Below are positions 1 through 8,767 of a stretch of 64,000 nt of DNA, in pieces. Both the position numbers and the translations under genes were made by a program. Source of the DNA: an uncultured Acidimicrobiia bacterium (GTDB taxonomy: Bacteria; Actinomycetota; Acidimicrobiia; Acidimicrobiales; SZUA-35); NCBI GenBank assembly GCA_965530755.1, contig CBESNA010000007.1, positions 45,205 through 109,204 of the forward strand. Reading direction: 5' to 3'. The notes beneath the pieces were generated by a model. It searched no databases. It was not told the DNA's origin and was given only the letters and a program-made list of their open reading frames with translations. The stretch's first letter is position 1; every line of letters starts with the position of its first letter.

Positions 1-502
1 CCCGATCGACGATGTACCCCTTGGCGATCGCGTTGAGGCTCAGCATCGAACAGTCGCCGGTCGGAACCGGGGAGCCATCGACCATCGCGAAACGAGGCGG
101 GCGAACGGCCGCGGCGACAGCCGCGACCTCCGATGGGTCCGGCATCCTGCCGTTGATCTCGGCTCTGCGCCAGAGAGCGCCGAGCTCACCGACCATCGGG
201 TTGAAACCTCCGTCTGAGCGGACCTGCCATTCGAGGGTCTGCCCCATCACCTTGCTGAACTCGGAGCACACCACGACGTCCTCACCTCGGCGCCAGCGAC
301 ACAACTCGCTCGACTCGTCGAACGCGCTGAGCACGTGTTCCAACCGGACCATCTCGGCGATGACGGCGGCATCGACCAGTGCTGCTACCTCCTCATCAGC
401 AGCTCCGATCCGCACATCGATGGCGGTACCGAGCACACCTTGGTGCTCGAAACGATGCAAACCGTCGTGTCGCAGGTCGGGCGTGCTTCGTGGTTCGAAC
501 AT
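1..502 (-). CDS. apbE: FAD:protein FMN transferase (ApbE family), N-terminal part; gene runs off the left edge
   Basis: Not in the ORF track because it is open at the window edge. My reverse-strand translation from ATG 502..500 reads MFEPRSTPDLRHDGLHRFEHQGVLGTAIDVRIGA...VLSAFDESSELCRWRR...GGFNPMVGELGALW...LSLNAIAKGYIVDR. The LGT strand, the S-x-F-x3-SEL motif and the IAKGY-x-VD motif match ApbE as I remember it. Start codon uncertain. Confidence 0.55.
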   Translation of the reverse strand, partial: MFEPRSTPDLRHDGLHRFEHQGVLGTAIDVRIGAADEEVAALVDAAVIAEMVRLEHVLSAFDESSELCRWRRGEDVVVCSEFSKVMGQTLEWQVRSDGGFNPMVGELGALWRRAEINGRMPDPSEVAAVAAAVRPPRFAMVDGSPVPTGDCSMLSLNAIAKGYIVDR

Positions 503-613
503 CACGACGAGTGTTCCAGCGAATTCACGGTTTCGATGCGTGGATCGGGGAGCCCGGTTCTGCGTCGCGTTTGCCTCGGAATCCGTGAACAACGCGACGC
601 AGAACGGCGCTCG

Positions 614-1396
614 TCACCGACCGAGCGACTCGATGAACGCCAACAATGCGTCGGCGAAGACCACCGGCTGGTCCTGGTATGCAGCGTGACCGGCGTCAGC
701 GATGATCAACACGTCCGAGGTCGTGAATCCCTCCGCCAGTCGCTCGGCGGACGCCTGCGGATCGCCGCCATCGCCATCACCCCACACCAGCAGCGCTGGG
801 ACATCGACCGGCGGTCCCCCGTCTGCGAACGAGGGTGCGCCGCTCGGCGCCACCGGCACGTACCCCGCCAGGTCGGCGAAGAAAGGATCCCTGAGGGCGG
901 GCAGGCTGAAGATGCCGGACATCGACGGCGAGACGACCACCGTCGACGCTGGGTCGAGGTCGAGGGCACCGAACAAGGCGGCCAGGAACTCGGCCTCGTC
1001 CAGGTCGACGCTGTCGGATGCTCCGAAGCCGGGCAAGTCGACGGCGATTGCCCGGTGGCCGGCGTCGGCCGAGACGAACAAGATGTCGTTGGCGACCCAA
1101 GTCTGCGATGAATAGGCCGCACCGTGGAGGAAGAGCACGGTGGCGCGTTCGGCGGCCGCGCCATCGGGCGGCTGGATGTCGACCACCGTGATCTCGCCGC
1201 CGCCGACTTGGACTCTCCGATCGGCGGGCTGGAGGGTCGGCAGCTCGGCGTCGACACTCGCCACCGGCTGTTCAGTCTGTTCCAACGGTTCCGAGGGGGC
1301 AGCGTCACCGTCGCCACCGCAGGCGGCTGTCAGCATCGCAAGGGCCGCAACGGCAACAAGCAGAACGACGATCGGCGGGCGATACGTGCTGACCAT
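614..1396 (-). CDS. alpha/beta hydrolase, probable lipoprotein
   Basis: 260-aa ORF. N-terminal signal with lipobox (LTAACGG). Has the LFLHG oxyanion-type motif, a nucleophile-elbow-like SPSMSG, and a C-terminal DAGHAAY His motif. Confidence 0.8.
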   Translation of the reverse strand: MVSTYRPPIVVLLVAVAALAMLTAACGGDGDAAPSEPLEQTEQPVASVDAELPTLQPADRRVQVGGGEITVVDIQPPDGAAAERATVLFLHGAAYSSQTWVANDILFVSADAGHRAIAVDLPGFGASDSVDLDEAEFLAALFGALDLDPASTVVVSPSMSGIFSLPALRDPFFADLAGYVPVAPSGAPSFADGGPPVDVPALLVWGDGDGGDPQASAERLAEGFTTSDVLIIADAGHAAYQDQPVVFADALLAFIESLGR

Positions 1397-1425
1397 GGGC
1401 TGAGGCTAGACCGGACGGAACCAGG

Positions 1426-2625
1426 TCAAGGATGCTCGCCGGACCTCGCAGTCTCGAGCGCATCGTCGTCGACCGGGCCGAGAGCGAAGAATCCGGCAAC
1501 ACCGGCAAAGAGCGCGGCTCCGACAACCATTGACGTACCTGTCGTGGTGGCAGCGAAGATTGCGGCGAACACCAGCGGCCCGATGGCCTGACCGAGCCTG
1601 ACCGAGGCCACCCATGCCGCCATGACCGAGGCCCGCTGCGAATCGGGTGTTGCCGAGGTGGCGACGTCCTGCAAGGCAGGAATCATCAGCCCCTCTCCGA
1701 GCCCGTAGAAGACCGACGCCAGAAGCACCATGATGAGCGCAGGAGCGAGGCCGATCGTCAGAGCCGCAACCGAGATCAATCCGCCGCTGACAACGAGCAC
1801 CGTTCGCAGCGAGACCACCTCCCTCACCTTGGCCAGGTTGAAGGCGGCCAGAGTCGACCCGATGGCCGGCGATGACAAGACCAGTCCGCGATCGCGAGCA
1901 CCAAGTCCGAACTCCTGCTCGAGGTGAAGTGGAAGTGCGGTGAGGAACACACCGAAGATCACGACGAAGAGGAAGAACCCGGCCACGACCACGGCCAGAA
2001 TGATCGGCGTTCTGATCACCTCGGCCGCTCCTCGCAGCTGATCACCGAGTGTTCGGGCCTGAGCCGGGCGGCTGGCGGGCAGGACTCTCGCTCCGATGAT
2101 GGCGACCGGGATGCTCACCGATGCCAACCCAAGCGACCAGCGCCAACCGGCCACGTCGGTGATTATCCCCGAGAGCGACGGGATCAGGGCCAGACAGAGC
2201 GTCAGTACGGCGCTGTTGCGGCCGATGAGCTTCGTCCGCTCGATCCCGCTCCAGTGATCGCCGATGAGCACGATGCCCAGGTTGATGAGGCCCGCTCCCC
2301 CGATGCCTTGCACGAATCGGGCGGCCAACAGCAGGTTGAACGTCGGGGCGAGCGAGGCGGCCAATCCGGCGACCCCGAACCACACGAGGCACGGGAGCAG
2401 CACCTTCCGGCGGCCGAGGCGGTCGGCCAGGACGCCGATCACGGGAGCGATGATCACCCCGGGAAGCGGTCCGGACGCGACGAGGATTCCCGCCTTCCCG
2501 TCCGGCTGGCCGAACTCGGCCAGGACATTCGGGATCGCAGGCGTGAGCAGCGTGTTGGCCAGGATTCCCGAGACCGTCACGGCGAAGATGAACCACAACG
2601 GTGGCCGAGCGTTGGTCATTGCCAA
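1426..2625 (-). CDS. MFS transporter
   Basis: 399-aa, highly hydrophobic, about 12 predicted TM segments. Has the MFS loop motif GVLADRLGRRKVL. Confidence 0.85.
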   Translation of the reverse strand: MAMTNARPPLWFIFAVTVSGILANTLLTPAIPNVLAEFGQPDGKAGILVASGPLPGVIIAPVIGVLADRLGRRKVLLPCLVWFGVAGLAASLAPTFNLLLAARFVQGIGGAGLINLGIVLIGDHWSGIERTKLIGRNSAVLTLCLALIPSLSGIITDVAGWRWSLGLASVSIPVAIIGARVLPASRPAQARTLGDQLRGAAEVIRTPIILAVVVAGFFLFVVIFGVFLTALPLHLEQEFGLGARDRGLVLSSPAIGSTLAAFNLAKVREVVSLRTVLVVSGGLISVAALTIGLAPALIMVLLASVFYGLGEGLMIPALQDVATSATPDSQRASVMAAWVASVRLGQAIGPLVFAAIFAATTTGTSMVVGAALFAGVAGFFALGPVDDDALETARSGEHP

Positions 2626-2681
2626 ACCACGCTAGGGCTCGTCCCGGCGGGGCAGCGAGTTGATCCTGGCAGACTCGCTCG

Positions 2682-3149
2682 ATGCTGACTCCCGGACAAC
2701 CGGCACCCACATTCACGCTTCCTGATCAGAACGACCGGCTGGTCGACCTCGCCGACCTGGCCGGAGGCTGGGTGCTGCTCTGGTGGTATCCAAAGGCAGC
2801 AACACCCGGTTGAACGGTCGAAGGACAGGCTCTGCGTGACAGAGCCCAACGATTCGACGAACTCGGCGTCACGATTCTCGGAGCGTCATTCGACACAACG
2901 GCCGAGAATCGTGCCTTCGCCGAGGCGCAGGGCTTTCCGTTCCGCCTGTTGAGCGACCTCGACCACCAGACGGCGGTGGCCTACGGGGTCGCCCGCGACA
3001 CGGACGACAAGTTCGCCCAGTTCCCTCGCCGCTACAGCTTCCTCATCGACCCTGCCGGCCTCATCTGTCGCTCGTACGACGTCACCGACGTGGCTGACCA
3101 CGCCGACATGGTGATCGCCGACGTCGAGCGAGCAGGAGAAAGATCATGA
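2682..3149 (+). CDS. bcp: Bcp/PrxQ-type peroxiredoxin with in-frame TGA (candidate selenocysteine) at the peroxidatic-Cys position
   Basis: The frame is open from ATG 2682 to the stop at 3147-3149 except for one TGA at 2811-2813. Translation: MLTPGQPAPTFTLPDQNDRLVDLADLAGGWVLLWWYPKAATPG[TGA]TVEGQALRDRAQRFDELGVTILGASFDTTAENRAFAEAQGFPFRLLSDLDHQ...RRYSFLIDPAGLI. The TGA replaces the Cys of the PKAxTPGC-T motif. The ORF track lists only the last 66 codons (2949..3149). Confidence 0.7.
2817..2858 (+). other. putative bacterial SECIS-like hairpin downstream of the TGA at 2811
   Basis: GTCGAA (2817-2822) pairs with TTCGAC (2853-2858). An internal loop follows, then GGCTCTG (2828-2834) pairs with CAGAGCC (2840-2846). 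The apical loop is CGTGA (2835-2839). The loop lies about 22-27 nt 3' of the UGA. Confidence 0.5.
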
Positions 3150-3907
3150 CCTCCGCTCCCTACATCGCCACGTCAGAGCGCGTCCCCGCGGATCCGAGCA
3201 ACGATGCCAAGGAGCTCCAGGCTCGGGTCTCGACTGTCACTCGGGGAGCGGCCCGGGCTGCCGTTCTCGGTGTGAACGACGGTCTGGTCACCAACGTCTG
3301 CTTGATCCTGACCGTCGCCGGTGCGAGCTCGACCGTAGGAGATGTCCGCCTCGCCGGTCTGGCGAGTCTGATCGCCGGTGCCTTCTCCATGGCCGCCGGC
3401 GAATGGATCTCCGTTCGCAGTCAGGTCGAGCTGTTCGACGGGATCGTCGGAGAGCTGAACCTGCTTGCTCGACGGAACCCACGTCTACTCCTCGACGAGC
3501 TGACCTCTAAACTCGAGGACTCCGGGCTGGCCACCGACACGGCCCAACGGGTCGCGACCGAACTCCCGCTCGAGGGCGATCGCTTCATCGACTTCACGGC
3601 CCGGACCGTGTTCGGATTCGATCCAGGCGAAGTGGGATCACCGATCGTGGCAGCCCTGTCATCGTTCTTCCTGTTCACCGCAGGAGCAATCGTTCCCCTC
3701 GCCCCGTGGTTCATCACAAGCGGCACGAGGGCAATCATCATCTCGGTCGCGGCGACGGCGATCGCCAGCCTCATCGTGGGCGGGTGGGTCAGTCGATCAT
3801 CCGGACGTCCGGCTTCGCATGGCGCGTTGCGTCAGCTGGCGATCGTCCTTGCCGCTTCCGTCGTGACCTACGGAATCGGTTCACTGTTCGGCACGGCGAT
3901 CGCCTGA
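3146..3907 (+). CDS. VIT1/CCC1-family (Fe/Mn) transporter
   Basis: 253-aa ORF with the characteristic LGVNDGLVTNVCLILTVAGA motif and C-terminal TM helices. Its ATG overlaps the bcp stop (ATGA). Confidence 0.85.
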   Translation: MTSAPYIATSERVPADPSNDAKELQARVSTVTRGAARAAVLGVNDGLVTNVCLILTVAGASSTVGDVRLAGLASLIAGAFSMAAGEWISVRSQVELFDGIVGELNLLARRNPRLLLDELTSKLEDSGLATDTAQRVATELPLEGDRFIDFTARTVFGFDPGEVGSPIVAALSSFFLFTAGAIVPLAPWFITSGTRAIIISVAATAIASLIVGGWVSRSSGRPASHGALRQLAIVLAASVVTYGIGSLFGTAIA

Positions 3908-3989
3908 GGGCCCGCTCATCGGGACCGCCTCGCGGTAGCCACCTCGTGGCGACGTTGACAAGCCAGCCCCACCCGGTCACGGTGAGCGG

Positions 3990-5615
3990 ATGGACATCGA
4001 GTTCTCCCCTCCTGGGCCTGGTCACTGGGCGCTCGACCGTTCGCACTACCCGGGCGGAACCACGCCGATCAGCCAATGGCTGATATCCGAGTCGATGTCC
4101 GCCGGAATGGAGCGCGTGTTCGCAGAGATCGGCGCGCCGGTGAAGGCGGTCGACGCCCGTTTCGTCAATGGCTTCATGTACACCCGGGTACGACCGTTGA
4201 TCGGCGCCGACAAACCGGCGAAACGACTGCCGCCGACGCTCATTCTCAAGATCGCAACGCGTTTGCATCCGGAGTTCCGGCGTCGGGCCAAGCAGGCCAC
4301 GATCACACTCAATGACCGACCCCACCTCGCCGTTGCCAAGCGGTGGGACGCCGAGATCCGACCCCGGCTCACAGCGGAGAATCGTGGGTTCCAGCATGTG
4401 GAACTGACCACGCTCGACGATCCCCAGTTGCAGCAGCACATCACCGAACTCTTGGCCCACCTCCGCCAGAACTACGAGCTGCACTTCTGGCTCCACGGCC
4501 ACGACATCGGTCCCATCGCCCGCCTTCTCTACGAGTGCATCGGGTGGGGCATCGAGCCGGACACGGCGATCCACGCCCTCGCCGGCGCCTCGCCCTCGAC
4601 GTCACGTCCCGCTGAGGCGCTTCGCCGGATCAAGACCATCGTGGAAGCCTCATCGAGCGAACCAAGAACACTCGACGATGTTCGGGCCGTCTCGAACGAG
4701 GCGGCCGGACTCCTCGACGCGTATCTCGAGGACCACGGCGAAGTGCTCGCGACCGGCTACGACATCACGGCACTCCGCCTGGTCGAGATGCCAGGTGTCA
4801 TCCTGAGCAGTATCCGGTCGGCCAGCGAGACCGAGGAGATAGATCACGAGGCCATCGCTGCCGACCTCCGCGCATCGGTGCCCGCCGACCAACGCCCGAT
4901 GTTCGATCAAGTTCTCGGGGACGCCAGAGCCGTGATGGACATGCGGGACGACAACGGACCGCTGACCGTCGAATGGCCCCTTGGCCTCCTGCGACGCGCA
5001 ATGCTCGAGGCGGGAACCCGCCTCGCCGATCGTCACCTCGTGACAGACCTCGACCACGTGTTCGAAGTGACCCACGAGGAAGCGAGATCGCTGCTCGTGG
5101 GTGGTCTCCCTGCAGCATCGGAGTTGGCTGAACGCGCTGAACTCCGCACCCGACGTGCGGCGCTCACTCCGCCGGCTTCGCTTGGACCCGTCGAGCCCGA
5201 GCCCCCGCTCGATGTCCTTCCCGATCCGCTGCCGAAACTGGTCGCCATGGTGCAACTGTCGATGACTCATCTCGGCATGGACGGCGCGATCGACGATTCG
5301 CTCGACGGAGTTGGCATCGGCACGGAGATCTACACGGGCCGAGCCCGCACCGCCGCATCGGCTGAGGAGGCGATCGAACGAATGGAGCCAGGCGACGTGT
5401 TGGTCGTTCGCGCAACATCTCCGGCGTTCAATGCCGTCCTGATGATCGCCGGTGCCATCGTGACAGCCGACGGCGGCGCAATGTCTCACGCCGCCGTACT
5501 GGCACGCGAGTTGGGTGTGCCGGCAATCGTTGGTGCCGGCGGAGCGCTCAGCATCGTCGACGGCAGCACCGTCGAAGTCGACCCGACCGCAGGAACGGTG
5601 CGAGTGATCGGCTGA
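3990..5615 (+). CDS. PEP-utilising-enzyme mobile-domain protein
   Basis: 541-aa ORF. The C-terminus (GDVLVVRATSPAFNAVLMIAGAIVTADGGAMSHAAVLARELGVPAIVG) is the swivelling phosphohistidine domain of PEP-utilising enzymes. The N-terminal region is of unknown function. Confidence 0.75.
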   Translation: MDIEFSPPGPGHWALDRSHYPGGTTPISQWLISESMSAGMERVFAEIGAPVKAVDARFVNGFMYTRVRPLIGADKPAKRLPPTLILKIATRLHPEFRRRAKQATITLNDRPHLAVAKRWDAEIRPRLTAENRGFQHVELTTLDDPQLQQHITELLAHLRQNYELHFWLHGHDIGPIARLLYECIGWGIEPDTAIHALAGASPSTSRPAEALRRIKTIVEASSSEPRTLDDVRAVSNEAAGLLDAYLEDHGEVLATGYDITALRLVEMPGVILSSIRSASETEEIDHEAIAADLRASVPADQRPMFDQVLGDARAVMDMRDDNGPLTVEWPLGLLRRAMLEAGTRLADRHLVTDLDHVFEVTHEEARSLLVGGLPAASELAERAELRTRRAALTPPASLGPVEPEPPLDVLPDPLPKLVAMVQLSMTHLGMDGAIDDSLDGVGIGTEIYTGRARTAASAEEAIERMEPGDVLVVRATSPAFNAVLMIAGAIVTADGGAMSHAAVLARELGVPAIVGAGGALSIVDGSTVEVDPTAGTVRVIG

Positions 5616-5627
5616 CGACCGAGCCGC

Positions 5628-6188
5628 TCAGTCGGCGGGCGACTCGCTCCGTAGCCGGTAGCGGACGTCGACCGAGGTCGTGGAGTTCACGAGGTTGACC
5701 TTCTTGATCTTGAGCCGGAGAACATCTGCACCGAGCAGCGACTCGAGCCGCTCGGTGAGTGCCGCTTCGTCTGTGTAAGCCGCGTCGAGCGTGACGTTCT
5801 GGTGACGGTGCCCGACGAACAGGCGCGGGTGATCACCAACGAAGAGGGCGACCAGAATCGACGCCATCAGCACCGGGGCGAGCCAGGCAGGCTCGACGTC
5901 GAATCCAGCGAGCAGACCCAACGACAACGACGAGAAGTAGTAGGCAACCTCTTCCTGGTCGAGCTCCGAGCTACGCAGTCGGATGATCGACAGGACACCG
6001 AACAGGCCGAGACCGAACCCGGCGCTGACGCTCGCCGACGAGAGTGCGGTGGCCACGGCGAGTACGCCGATGTTGAGGCTGAGGATTGCGACGACGATGT
6101 CCTTGCGTCGGTAGCGAGGAAAGTAGAGCGCGAAGACGAGCACGCCGAGCGCCACGAGGTCGGCGGCGATGAGCGAGGCTGTCGGCAT
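5628..6188 (-). CDS. DUF4956-like membrane protein
   Basis: Start moved to ATG 6188, which is preceded by AGGAG. Several TM helices plus GLFGVLSIIRLRS, resembling the DUF4956 motif as I recall it. Confidence 0.55.
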   Translation of the reverse strand: MPTASLIAADLVALGVLVFALYFPRYRRKDIVVAILSLNIGVLAVATALSSASVSAGFGLGLFGVLSIIRLRSSELDQEEVAYYFSSLSLGLLAGFDVEPAWLAPVLMASILVALFVGDHPRLFVGHRHQNVTLDAAYTDEAALTERLESLLGADVLRLKIKKVNLVNSTTSVDVRYRLRSESPAD

Positions 6189-6297
6189 TCGAAGCTCCTG
6201 GGTTCGTGCGAACGAGGACTCCGGCACCCGGGCCTCGGAACCACGTGTGTGTCACGTCGGCACTGGAGCCCCGGGTCTTAGACACACGACTCCGAGG

Positions 6298-6783
6298 TCA
6301 TCGATCTGCCACTCGATTGGGGACGAGGCGAATCGTCGAGTTGGCCTTCGCCAGGACAACTCCATCGCCATCGAGCAGTCGCCCCTCGGCGAAGACCGTC
6401 TGCTTCCCGGCCCGCTCGATCCAACCCTCGGCAATGACCAAGCCGGGAGTGGCCGGCCGGAAGAAGCTCACCTTCACCTCGAGCGTGGCGATCCAGAAGT
6501 CGGTGGTGTAGCGAGCAATGCACGCATGTGCCATCGCAGCGTCGATCCAACCCGTCACGAAGCCGCCTTGAGCCACGCCGCCGGAGTGGCACATCTCCGG
6601 CGAGCAGGTGAACTCCATTACGGCCCGACCGAGGTCGCCATCGGATTCGATGACCCGCCCGTCGCCGAGTGTGGCGAGCACGTCGCCGCCGGCATCGAGA
6701 TTGCTCTCATCATTCGCATTCACGTGTTGACCACCGTCTCCTTCGACCGGACCAGCGTGGCCCGAGATCATCAGGCCGACCAT
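6298..6783 (-). CDS. PaaI-family hotdog thioesterase
   Basis: The CHSGGVAQGGFVTGWIDAAMA core is typical of PaaI/4HBT hotdog thioesterases. Start uncertain (6783 or 6771). Confidence 0.75.
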   Translation of the reverse strand: MVGLMISGHAGPVEGDGGQHVNANDESNLDAGGDVLATLGDGRVIESDGDLGRAVMEFTCSPEMCHSGGVAQGGFVTGWIDAAMAHACIARYTTDFWIATLEVKVSFFRPATPGLVIAEGWIERAGKQTVFAEGRLLDGDGVVLAKANSTIRLVPNRVADR

Positions 6784-6829
6784 CTTCCGACATCGGCGCG
6801 ACCGATCCAAGTCGAGGAGTTCGGCGGGG

Positions 6830-7282
6830 TCACGACACGGCTGCTGCGCTGGCCTCGGATCGGGTCTTCAGGGCGGCATTCATGGCTTCGAATCCATCGA
6901 GGGTTCGGGTGTCGAGCGACGAGCGCATCAAACGCACGAGCGCACCCTGGAAGTGTTCGGTGTGCACGACACGGGTGCCCCCTGACGGCATCGCGATCAG
7001 ATCGAATCGATGACGGCCATCGAACAGGCCAGGAAGACCGAGCCGGCCCAGCCACTCGAGACTGCGAGCCGGCTCCGCCTCGGTGACAACGGGCGTGAAC
7101 GTCATGGCCCTGCCACCGGGTGGCTGGAGCCGGTTGGTGAGCTTGGCACCGACAGCAATGTCGCCGCTGGCCTCGACGATGAACGGGTTCCAGCGGGGGT
7201 AGGCCTCCAGATCGGTGAGGACCTCCCACACCGTTCGAGGCGAGGCACTGATCTCCACCTCGGTGTGCAGTTCGTGACGCAT
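6830..7282 (-). CDS. SRPBCC-family protein
   Basis: 150 aa. VEISASPRTVWEVLTDLEAYPRWNPF is typical of the polyketide-cyclase/SRPBCC fold. Confidence 0.8.
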   Translation of the reverse strand: MRHELHTEVEISASPRTVWEVLTDLEAYPRWNPFIVEASGDIAVGAKLTNRLQPPGGRAMTFTPVVTEAEPARSLEWLGRLGLPGLFDGRHRFDLIAMPSGGTRVVHTEHFQGALVRLMRSSLDTRTLDGFEAMNAALKTRSEASAAAVS

Positions 7283-7294
7283 GATTCCTCCTAT

Positions 7295-7366
7295 CGCAAC
7301 ACATGTTGCGTTTCTACGATCTGGGTAGTGTCCTCGACCCGATGCCCAAACGCAACTCTTTTTGCG
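7295..7366. promoter_or_regulatory. two 16-nt CGCAA..TTGCG dyads in the divergent SRPBCC/TetR intergenic region (candidate TetR operators)
   Basis: The first dyad is CGCAACACATGTTGCG (7295-7310; 7-bp arms). The second is CGCAACTCTTTTTGCG (7351-7366; 5-bp arms). Both are flanked by ATCG/CGAT extensions. Confidence 0.4.
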
Positions 7367-7383
7367 ATAAGGTGCGAACTGTC

Positions 7384-7983
7384 ATGAGTGAACCGAGGCC
7401 CCGCGTGGGCGACCAACGACCTGGAGGCCGAGCGGAGCGAGTCCGAAGCGCGGTGCTTCGAGCAGCGGGCGAACTGTTGACCGAGGTCGGCTACGACAGC
7501 ATGACGGTCGAAGCAATCGCCGATCGCGCCGGAGTTCACAAGACGACCGTGTACCGACGCTGGCCGAGCAAGGCAGAACTCACCGCTGACGCTGCCGCCC
7601 TGCACAGCGCCGCCGCCGTCCCCATCCCCGACACCGGCACCCTGGTCGGAGATCTACAGGTTCTCGCCCGAGAAGTTGTCGCCAACATCGGCACCGAAGC
7701 GGGCGCTCGCAGATCCAGATCCATCGCCGCCGCGGCGGCGGCTTCGGATGAACTCGCCGAGGCAATGCACGGCTTCTGGGCTCACCGCCTCGCCGTATCG
7801 ACCGAAGTCGTCGAGCGAGCGATTCGGCGACGCGAACTCCCTGCGACTGCCGACGCCAACCTCATCATCGAAACCGTCATCGGCCCCCTCTGGGTCCGAC
7901 TCCTTCTCACCGGCGAACCCATCACGGACGCCTTCGCCGACAAGGTCGTCGCACTCGTCGCCGACGGCCTGCCAGGGCAATGA
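7384..7983 (+). CDS. TetR-family transcriptional regulator
   Basis: The HTH TVEAIADRAGVHKTTVYRRWPSK is a classic TetR N-terminus. Start moved to ATG 7384. Confidence 0.85.
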   Translation: MSEPRPRVGDQRPGGRAERVRSAVLRAAGELLTEVGYDSMTVEAIADRAGVHKTTVYRRWPSKAELTADAAALHSAAAVPIPDTGTLVGDLQVLAREVVANIGTEAGARRSRSIAAAAAASDELAEAMHGFWAHRLAVSTEVVERAIRRRELPATADANLIIETVIGPLWVRLLLTGEPITDAFADKVVALVADGLPGQ

Positions 7984-8011
7984 CCGAGCGCTGTGTCCAC
8001 GAGCGGGCCCG

Positions 8012-8767
8012 CTAGACGACCTCAATCGTGAACGGGGCGACGGCGGCGAAGAGATCGGCAGCGGCACGAAGGGCATCGCGTGTCGGCTCGACAAGGGCTG
8101 GAGTCTGGGGACGCGCTCCGTGGCCTCGGAAACCGATGATCTTCAGTCGCATCGTCGTGTCGAGCGCTGCCAACCACTCGGCGGTGCGGCGAAGCAACAC
8201 GGGGTCGTCGTTGACGCCGGCCAGAAGTAGGAGCCGGACCTCGTACAGGAGCCCCATTTCCTGCAGATGGGCGATGCTGGCGAGCACTTGTTCGTTGGAG
8301 TGACCCGTCATGGCCTCATGGATCTCTGGATCGAAGCACTTCAGATCGAGCATTGCGCCGTCCATGACGGGACCGAGTTGGTCCCATGTCGCTTGATCGC
8401 ATGCTCCGTTCGAATCGACCAGACACGTGAGCCGTGCGAGATCTGGGTCGTCCTTGATCGCCGAGAACAGGGCGTGGAGAAACACCGGCTGCTGGGTTGC
8501 TTCGCCGCCGGAAACCGTGATCCCACGAATGAACGGCGACGCACGACGGATCTCGCTGATCAGCTCACTGATCTCCATCCGTCGCGGGTGGTGCCCTTCG
8601 ATCGGCGCGTGACCGGGGATCGTTTGCGGATTGTGGCACGCGACGCAATCGAAGTTACAGCCTTGCAGGAAGACGACAAATCGATTGCCGGGACCATCAA
8701 CTGTGCTGAACGCGATGACATCGGCGACGAGGCCGGTCGTGACCTGACTAACGGGGATTCTGCTCAC
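8012..8767 (-). CDS. yjjW: YjjW-type glycyl-radical enzyme activase (radical SAM)
   Basis: 251 aa. The GCNFDCVACHNP CX3CX2C radical-SAM motif lies near the N-terminus, and the GITVSGGE SAM-binding motif is present. It sits immediately downstream of, and overlaps, the YjjI-type gene. Confidence 0.85.
   Translation of the reverse strand: MSRIPVSQVTTGLVADVIAFSTVDGPGNRFVVFLQGCNFDCVACHNPQTIPGHAPIEGHHPRRMEISELISEIRRASPFIRGITVSGGEATQQPVFLHALFSAIKDDPDLARLTCLVDSNGACDQATWDQLGPVMDGAMLDLKCFDPEIHEAMTGHSNEQVLASIAHLQEMGLLYEVRLLLLAGVNDDPVLLRRTAEWLAALDTTMRLKIIGFRGHGARPQTPALVEPTRDALRAAADLFAAVAPFTIEVV

Noticed and set aside
485-500. GGTTCGAA, a T-loop-like string that might indicate a tRNA; a similar GGTTCGAGCC occurs near 20927
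   Set aside because: Both lie inside coding sequence, and I could not draw a flanking acceptor or anticodon stem. I found no convincing tRNA anywhere in the window.
12-1111. Long plus-strand ORFs (12..689, 335..1111) overlapping the ApbE and hydrolase genes
   Set aside because: Their products are Arg/Ser/Pro-rich and low in complexity, with no motifs. The opposite strand encodes recognisable proteins. These are typical high-GC shadow ORFs.
2811-2813. Simple nonsense mutation or pseudogene as the explanation for the TGA in bcp
   Set aside because: Not fully excluded. It is disfavoured because the TGA sits exactly at the catalytic Cys codon, a strong hairpin follows at SECIS-like distance, the downstream 112 codons are intact, and the gene is translationally coupled to the next one. 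I kept it as the main alternative in the finding.
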